A DNA stretch of 51,796 nucleotides from an uncultured Pirellulaceae bacterium (GTDB taxonomy: Bacteria > Planctomycetota > Planctomycetia > Pirellulales > Pirellulaceae): contig CAZORR010000003.1 of assembly GCA_964582115.1 (NCBI GenBank), positions 1 to 51,796 on the forward strand, written 5' to 3'. A model generated the notes under the pieces. It worked only from the letters and a program-made list of their open reading frames with translations. It was not told the DNA's origin and did not search any database. Shown here piece by piece: positions 46,434-51,796 of this stretch (position 1 is the first letter of the stretch; each line of letters begins with the position of its first letter). A program made the translations under genes and the position numbers.

Positions 46434-48314
46434 TTAGAACTTTCGTAACCTTCTCCTGATCACTCCAGGCTCAAACTGAGTGTCTTGAATATCAGTGATT
46501 TTCCAACCGGCAGTCTCTCCATCGGTTTCAAGGAATTCCACGACAAACCGAGCTCGATACTGATTGGTTCGTTCATGGATGTGCCCCCAGTGTTCGATGG
46601 TGCCGTCTAAAGTCCAAGTCGCATCATAGCCAAATCCGATGGTGGGTTGCTGGTCAGTCTCGGGTACCGGTGCGGGGTTTCCATCAATCAGGTTCACTTT
46701 TTCTATCACGGCAACTGCACCACCTTGTTCTTGTACTCGTAGTGATTGGTTGATTTGTAAATACAAATCACGCAGCAGGTCACCATCAACGCTCTTAGCC
46801 AATGCTTGATAAACATCGCTTTCGTCTACATAGTCGAATGCGCGAAAAATATTGGTGTGCAGCCTTCCAAAAATATCAGTCGCTTCGACTGCAGAAATTT
46901 CAAACGGTTCTGGCTGGTGCAACGGATGGTCATATGTCGCGACGGCAAAATCTGAAACGAAGTAAGAACCGACCAATCCCGCCAATGCAACAGCAATGTA
47001 CGGTCCAGGCGAACGAGTGTTTACGAAGACCAGGCCAATCGCCAAAACGGATGCAGCAACTCCCCATAGCCCGATAGTCGCCCAAGATACGGTTAGCTTC
47101 TTCGGTTGGTATTTCTCTCGGTCAATTGTTCCGCTCAACTCCGTAATTGGTGGTAGCGGTGGTCGGTCGGGTGCTTGCCAACGATAAACGTTTTCGCTGA
47201 GGAATTTTGAGAACTTCGTTTTGGCAACTTCTTGGTAAGCGATCACGACCGAGTCGACTTCGCGGATCGTATTGCTCAGCAGATCCCACTCAACCGAAAC
47301 TTCAGTCGGACGATTCTTGGTGCTATAGGAAAGAATCACACCTACCCGACCGCTGGCCATCGATACCTTTCGCTTTTCAGGCCGCACCGCGAAATCACTC
47401 AAGTTCAACCCGTAAAAATCAACTCGATCAAACACGGGATTCACTTCGATTCCATCAATGTTGACCGGATTGCCAGCCCCAAAAAATGTTTTCACTTTCT
47501 CCGCGGCGCCGGCCTGTTCATCAACTTCCAAAAAGCTCTCATCCTTGCGCTCGATGTCAATCAACGTTGCCAAGGTCGCCAGTGGAATCAAAATTTCGTG
47601 TCGAACTTCGAAGTCGGTAATGTAGATGAAGGAATAGACGCTGCCATAACTAGATATCCCCAATGTCTTTTCTCGCTGCACCTCGAACCACTTCTCCCAG
47701 TCCTCTTCAGAATCGTCTTCATTCAAAACGGGGGCATCCCAGTCAAACCGAAAGGTTGCGGGTTCCAGTGGCTTGAGCATTTTTGAATATGGTTTGTCTG
47801 AACCAGCCTGCTTGAGCAGCACTCGGAATTCGGACGGCAGCAATGCTCCCTCAGCCACCATGTTTTGTTGAATCGTGATGAACTCTGGTGCTTTGTCGTA
47901 CTTGTAATCAAAGACAAACGTCAGTTGGTGCTCCATCAACTTGCCCGCAGGAATGCCGCCTTCGGGGATTTCCGCATCAACAATCTCACTGATTTTTGGT
48001 TTCATTAGCTCCCCATCAACATTTCGAATCGTCAACCGTTCGGCCAAGTACTCTGCGTGGTCTTTGGTGGCGTCTTTGATTTCATCTGAATCGTAAAAAC
48101 CGGTTTCTAGAGCCTCCACTCCTTGCAGCATTTCCAGGTCTTCAGCGAAGCAAGTTACCCGCATCGACAAGCCCGTTCGCTTGACGAACACTTCGCCGCT
48201 GACCAATGACGTTGGATGTCGCAGGATTGGTTCCGTAGCAAATGTGTTTGCACACAATGCAGCAACCAGAAAAAGGACCAGTAGAATTTGGCTGGAGGGA
48301 ACGATGTAACGCAA
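46434..48314 (-). CDS. exported/membrane hypothetical protein with HWGHIH motif
   Basis: Signal peptide, two central TM helices, C-terminal RAFDY.DESDVY..LA and GTIEHWGHIHERTNQY. Confidence 0.8.
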   Translation of the reverse strand: MRYIVPSSQILLVLFLVAALCANTFATEPILRHPTSLVSGEVFVKRTGLSMRVTCFAEDLEMLQGVEALETGFYDSDEIKDATKDHAEYLAERLTIRNVDGELMKPKISEIVDAEIPEGGIPAGKLMEHQLTFVFDYKYDKAPEFITIQQNMVAEGALLPSEFRVLLKQAGSDKPYSKMLKPLEPATFRFDWDAPVLNEDDSEEDWEKWFEVQREKTLGISSYGSVYSFIYITDFEVRHEILIPLATLATLIDIERKDESFLEVDEQAGAAEKVKTFFGAGNPVNIDGIEVNPVFDRVDFYGLNLSDFAVRPEKRKVSMASGRVGVILSYSTKNRPTEVSVEWDLLSNTIREVDSVVIAYQEVAKTKFSKFLSENVYRWQAPDRPPLPPITELSGTIDREKYQPKKLTVSWATIGLWGVAASVLAIGLVFVNTRSPGPYIAVALAGLVGSYFVSDFAVATYDHPLHQPEPFEISAVEATDIFGRLHTNIFRAFDYVDESDVYQALAKSVDGDLLRDLYLQINQSLRVQEQGGAVAVIEKVNLIDGNPAPVPETDQQPTIGFGYDATWTLDGTIEHWGHIHERTNQYRARFVVEFLETDGETAGWKITDIQDTQFEPGVIRRRLRKF

Positions 48315-48572
48315 GGCGAAACACTTTCTTGGCTAAAAGTAAGTTCTGAAAACAACTAAATCGTCGAGTCAATAAATGGGGCCGTTTGGTGATTTTTAAA
48401 CCCGAAAGTAGTAAAGGAACAGGCTGAGCGAAACCTCGCAGGGATTTTATCACAACCAAGCCAAAATTCCGTGAAAATCTGACTACTTCCATCCTCTATA
48501 CCTCTGCTAAAATCTGCGATTCAAATTACAAACTGCCGGCTCTCCAATCCGCCACTAATCGACGAACACCGT

Positions 48573-50528
48573 ATGAACGCTCTTTCAGAAATCAAATCTC
48601 ATTTTTCCGCCGCTTTGGGCAAACTGGTTGACGATCCCACACAAGCGTTGGGCATGATTCGTCCAGCAGGCGATCCCAAGTTTGGCGACTATCAAGCTAA
48701 CTGCGCGATGTCTTTAGGAAAGCAATTGGGCAAACCCCCACGTGATATTGCTGCGGACTTAGTTGCCAACGTCTCGCTGGAATCGCTTTGTTCCAATGTT
48801 GAAATCGCTGGCCCCGGTTTTATCAACCTGACGTTGTCGGACAATTGGCTCAACACCAACCTCACCAATGCACTTCAAGACGATCGCTTGGGCGTACCGA
48901 CTACCAACACCGCGCGAAAGTACGTCGTCGACTATTCATCACCCAACGTCGCCAAGCCGATGCACGTCGGCCACATTCGTTCGACCGTCATCGGCGACGC
49001 GATTGCCAAGGTGCTGCGATTCGTCGGTCACGAAGTGATTACCGACAACCACTTGGGCGATTGGGGCACGCAGTTCGGGATGATCATTTACGGTTACAAG
49101 CATTTCTTGGATAAGGATGCTTTCGAAACCGAACCGGTCAAAGAGCTCGGCCGACTGTACAAGTTGGTTCGTCAGATCATGGACTTTCATGCGACCAAAA
49201 AACAACTGCCGATCATGCAATCCGAACTAGCTGACGCGCAGGAAAAAGTCGAACAACTAAAGGGTCTACCTGAAACCGGCGATAAGAAAGCCGATAAGAA
49301 ACAAAAGAAAGAACTCAATAACGCCATTTCGGCTGTAAAAAAACTGTCCGAAAAAATCGAAGGCATGCGTCACGTCATCCAAGCCATCGAGTCCTCATCG
49401 GATCTGGCGGCTATCGCGGGGGAGCACGCCGAGATCGGCAACGCTGCTTTGTTGGAAACCGCCGCCCTGCACGCAGGCGACGAAACCAATCTCGCGCTGT
49501 GGAAACAGTTCCTCCCAATGTGCCGAGCCGACATTCAAAAGATCTACTCGCGACTGAACATCGTCTTTGACAAAGAACTCGGCGAAAGCTTTTACCACGA
49601 CCAGCTCGCAGGCGTCGTGAAAGACTTGGAAGCCAAAGGCTTTACTCGCGAAAGCGACGGGGCGATTTGTGTTTTCCTAGACAACCACGAAACGCCGATG
49701 ATCGTACAGAAACGTGATGGCGCGTTCTTGTATGCTACGACGGACTTGGCCACCATCAAGTATCGCATGGAGAACTTCGATTCGGACGCCAGTCTGTACG
49801 TCGTTGATCATCGCCAGTCCGAACACTTCAACAAACTGTTCGACGTAGCAGTTAAATGGGGCTACGACCAAACCGAATTGACTCACGTCAGCTTTGGCAC
49901 CGTGATGGGCAAGGACGGTAAACCGTTTAAAACTCGCGCAGGTGACACGGTGGGACTGGAAGGCTTGCTCGACGAAGCTGAAACGCGAGCCGCGGTGATC
50001 GCGAAAGAAAACAACCCGAGCATTTCAGACGAACTGCTTGCCGAAGCCGCGAAAGTCGTCGGACTGGGCGGGCTGAAGTACGCAGATTTGTCTCACGCCC
50101 GAACCAGCGACTACGTTTTTGATTACGACAAAATGTTGGCCGTCCGAGGAAACTCAGCGACCTACCTGCAATATGGTTATGCTCGCGTCCAAGGCATCAT
50201 CCGTAAGACAGAAGCGGACATGGCTGCGATTCGTAAATCGCCGGTCGCCTTTGAATTCGAGCAGCCAATCGAACGGCAGCTGGCGGTCAAGTTGCTCCAG
50301 TTTTCTGAGGCGATCGACGAAATGCTGGTTGACTATCGTCCAAACGTTTTGTGCAATTATTTGTTCGAAACGGCTCAGTTGTTTGCTAAGTTTTTCGATC
50401 AATGCAGCGTCAAAGATGCCTCGTCGGATTCGCTGCGAACTAGCCGGTTGCAATTGTGTGACTTAACCGCACGTACTTTGAAAACGGGTTTGAATTTGTT
50501 GGGCATCGACGTGCTGGACAAAATGTAG
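48573..50528 (+). CDS. argS: arginyl-tRNA synthetase
   Basis: FGDYQAN, AGPGFIN, DYSSPNVAKPMHVGHIRS, GDWGTQFG, GESFY, KPFKTR, YLQY.YAR, terminal KM. Confidence 0.97.
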   Translation: MNALSEIKSHFSAALGKLVDDPTQALGMIRPAGDPKFGDYQANCAMSLGKQLGKPPRDIAADLVANVSLESLCSNVEIAGPGFINLTLSDNWLNTNLTNALQDDRLGVPTTNTARKYVVDYSSPNVAKPMHVGHIRSTVIGDAIAKVLRFVGHEVITDNHLGDWGTQFGMIIYGYKHFLDKDAFETEPVKELGRLYKLVRQIMDFHATKKQLPIMQSELADAQEKVEQLKGLPETGDKKADKKQKKELNNAISAVKKLSEKIEGMRHVIQAIESSSDLAAIAGEHAEIGNAALLETAALHAGDETNLALWKQFLPMCRADIQKIYSRLNIVFDKELGESFYHDQLAGVVKDLEAKGFTRESDGAICVFLDNHETPMIVQKRDGAFLYATTDLATIKYRMENFDSDASLYVVDHRQSEHFNKLFDVAVKWGYDQTELTHVSFGTVMGKDGKPFKTRAGDTVGLEGLLDEAETRAAVIAKENNPSISDELLAEAAKVVGLGGLKYADLSHARTSDYVFDYDKMLAVRGNSATYLQYGYARVQGIIRKTEADMAAIRKSPVAFEFEQPIERQLAVKLLQFSEAIDEMLVDYRPNVLCNYLFETAQLFAKFFDQCSVKDASSDSLRTSRLQLCDLTARTLKTGLNLLGIDVLDKM

Positions 50529-50592
50529 GCTGTGTGTCCCCAGTGGGATACGCTCTAGTGAAACTTTAACCACGTTCAATCCGAGAGTTTGA

Positions 50593-51690
50593 ATGTCCAT
50601 TACGATCGAGGGGTTTTCTGTTGTCGTCAAACGCGAGCTCGTGCAGCCGTTTTTAGATGACGATCGTATTGTCCCGCCGAACCGAATGTTCTTGGGGGAC
50701 GACGATATCTGGCGCTGTTCGTTCATGTCCAATGATGATGCTGGTGCTTTCGTCAAAAAGCTGGAAGCTCTTGGCCTGAATGGTACAAAAGGTCCCAATC
50801 CAGACCTCGTGCTCGTAAACGAGTTCAACCAAGATGTTTATCCTTATTGCGAATGGCTGGAGCTTGGTAATTATCAAAAAGCCATCGTGGCTTGGAAAGC
50901 TGGTTCGGACCCTGAAAAACTGGTTGCCCATGAAGGTTTTGATCCCGCGGTTGGATCCGGGTTATTGTTTCGTGATAAAACCAATTTGCACGATTTGGAA
51001 TTCTTGCGTGTCGAAGGCAATATTGAAGTTTATTTAGATAAGCGTAGCGGTGATGAGGTTTTCTTAGGACGTACACGCACTCCCGAGGCGTTGTTTCAAA
51101 CGGCTTGCGAGGCCATCCGACCGCACTTTAAGATTCCAGGTGATCCACCGGTTGCCGGTGAAGAGGCTGACGCAGTGAACTTGGCCATTGCAGATCTTGA
51201 AAAATTAATCACCGACTATCCCGAGTTTTCTCAAGCCATGTTCTTTTGCGGAAAAGGGTACATCGCATTGGGGCAGTACGGATCGGCCTATCGACATTTT
51301 GCCAAAGGCTACGAGCTAGAACCGCAAGTCGAAGGTTACGCTCGTGAATTGGGTGGGGTTTGTTTGGAGCTAGGAAAATTCGACGAGGCGGTGGTGGTCG
51401 GGGAGAAAGCTGCAGCACTAAAGCCAGACGATTGTGAAACGCTTGGGAACCTGTCGATTATCTACTTGATGGCACGGCGCATCGATGCTGCTAGTAAGGC
51501 AATCAAGTCCGCGTTGAAAATCGCTCCAGAAGACAATGTCAATCAAAACTTGTACGCCCTGATTGAGTCCGTTGCCAATGGGCAGCGTGCTCAGCCGACG
51601 TCCATGAAAGACATTCGTGGTGGCGATAAACAGCCAGAACGAAGCAAAAATCAGCCGATCAAAAAACGTTTTTGGGAATTTTGGAAATAG
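50593..51690 (+). CDS. TPR-containing hypothetical protein
   Basis: C-terminal TPR-like helices (LGQYGSA, LGKFDEA, ALKIAPED); KKRFWEFWK tail. Confidence 0.8.
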   Translation: MSITIEGFSVVVKRELVQPFLDDDRIVPPNRMFLGDDDIWRCSFMSNDDAGAFVKKLEALGLNGTKGPNPDLVLVNEFNQDVYPYCEWLELGNYQKAIVAWKAGSDPEKLVAHEGFDPAVGSGLLFRDKTNLHDLEFLRVEGNIEVYLDKRSGDEVFLGRTRTPEALFQTACEAIRPHFKIPGDPPVAGEEADAVNLAIADLEKLITDYPEFSQAMFFCGKGYIALGQYGSAYRHFAKGYELEPQVEGYARELGGVCLELGKFDEAVVVGEKAAALKPDDCETLGNLSIIYLMARRIDAASKAIKSALKIAPEDNVNQNLYALIESVANGQRAQPTSMKDIRGGDKQPERSKNQPIKKRFWEFWK

Positions 51691-51796
51691 CCGCCGCAGC
51701 CGAATGACTAGCGGACCAATTGGGGCCGTTTGCCGAACCTACGCCGCAAGACTATGCTCTTGGTTTTTCAAACCCATTAATAACCGTCTTTTTACG

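Overview
Gene-dense bacterial window whose gene content (ECF sigma/Ser-Thr kinase pair, DUF1598-like protein, zinc-ribbon/DUF4190 protein, PEP-CTERM protein) points to a planctomycete; this assignment is an inference. Housekeeping genes are uup, phhB, purH, sucA, aroB, dprA, hpt, cstA and argS. Between them lie many cell-envelope genes: four GT4-fold glycosyltransferases, a 1447-aa inverse autotransporter with a beta-helix passenger, two tandem TPR paralogs, a PEP-CTERM protein and a broken alginate-export-type porin gene. The best candidates for an undescribed system are (1) a stand-alone fatty acyl-AMP ligase-ACP-alpha-oxoamine synthase fusion, predicted to make a sphingoid-like aminoketone lipid, and (2) an ECF sigma factor paired with a membrane Ser/Thr kinase that has an N-terminal zinc anti-sigma motif and two extracytoplasmic Wza-type polysaccharide-export domains. 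Also notable are two GT4-fold proteins lacking the catalytic EX7E motif, an IS21 transposase scar missed by the ORF track, and several REP/MITE-like repeats. I saw no rRNA, tRNA or CRISPR array. All family assignments come from motif recognition by eye, not from database searches.
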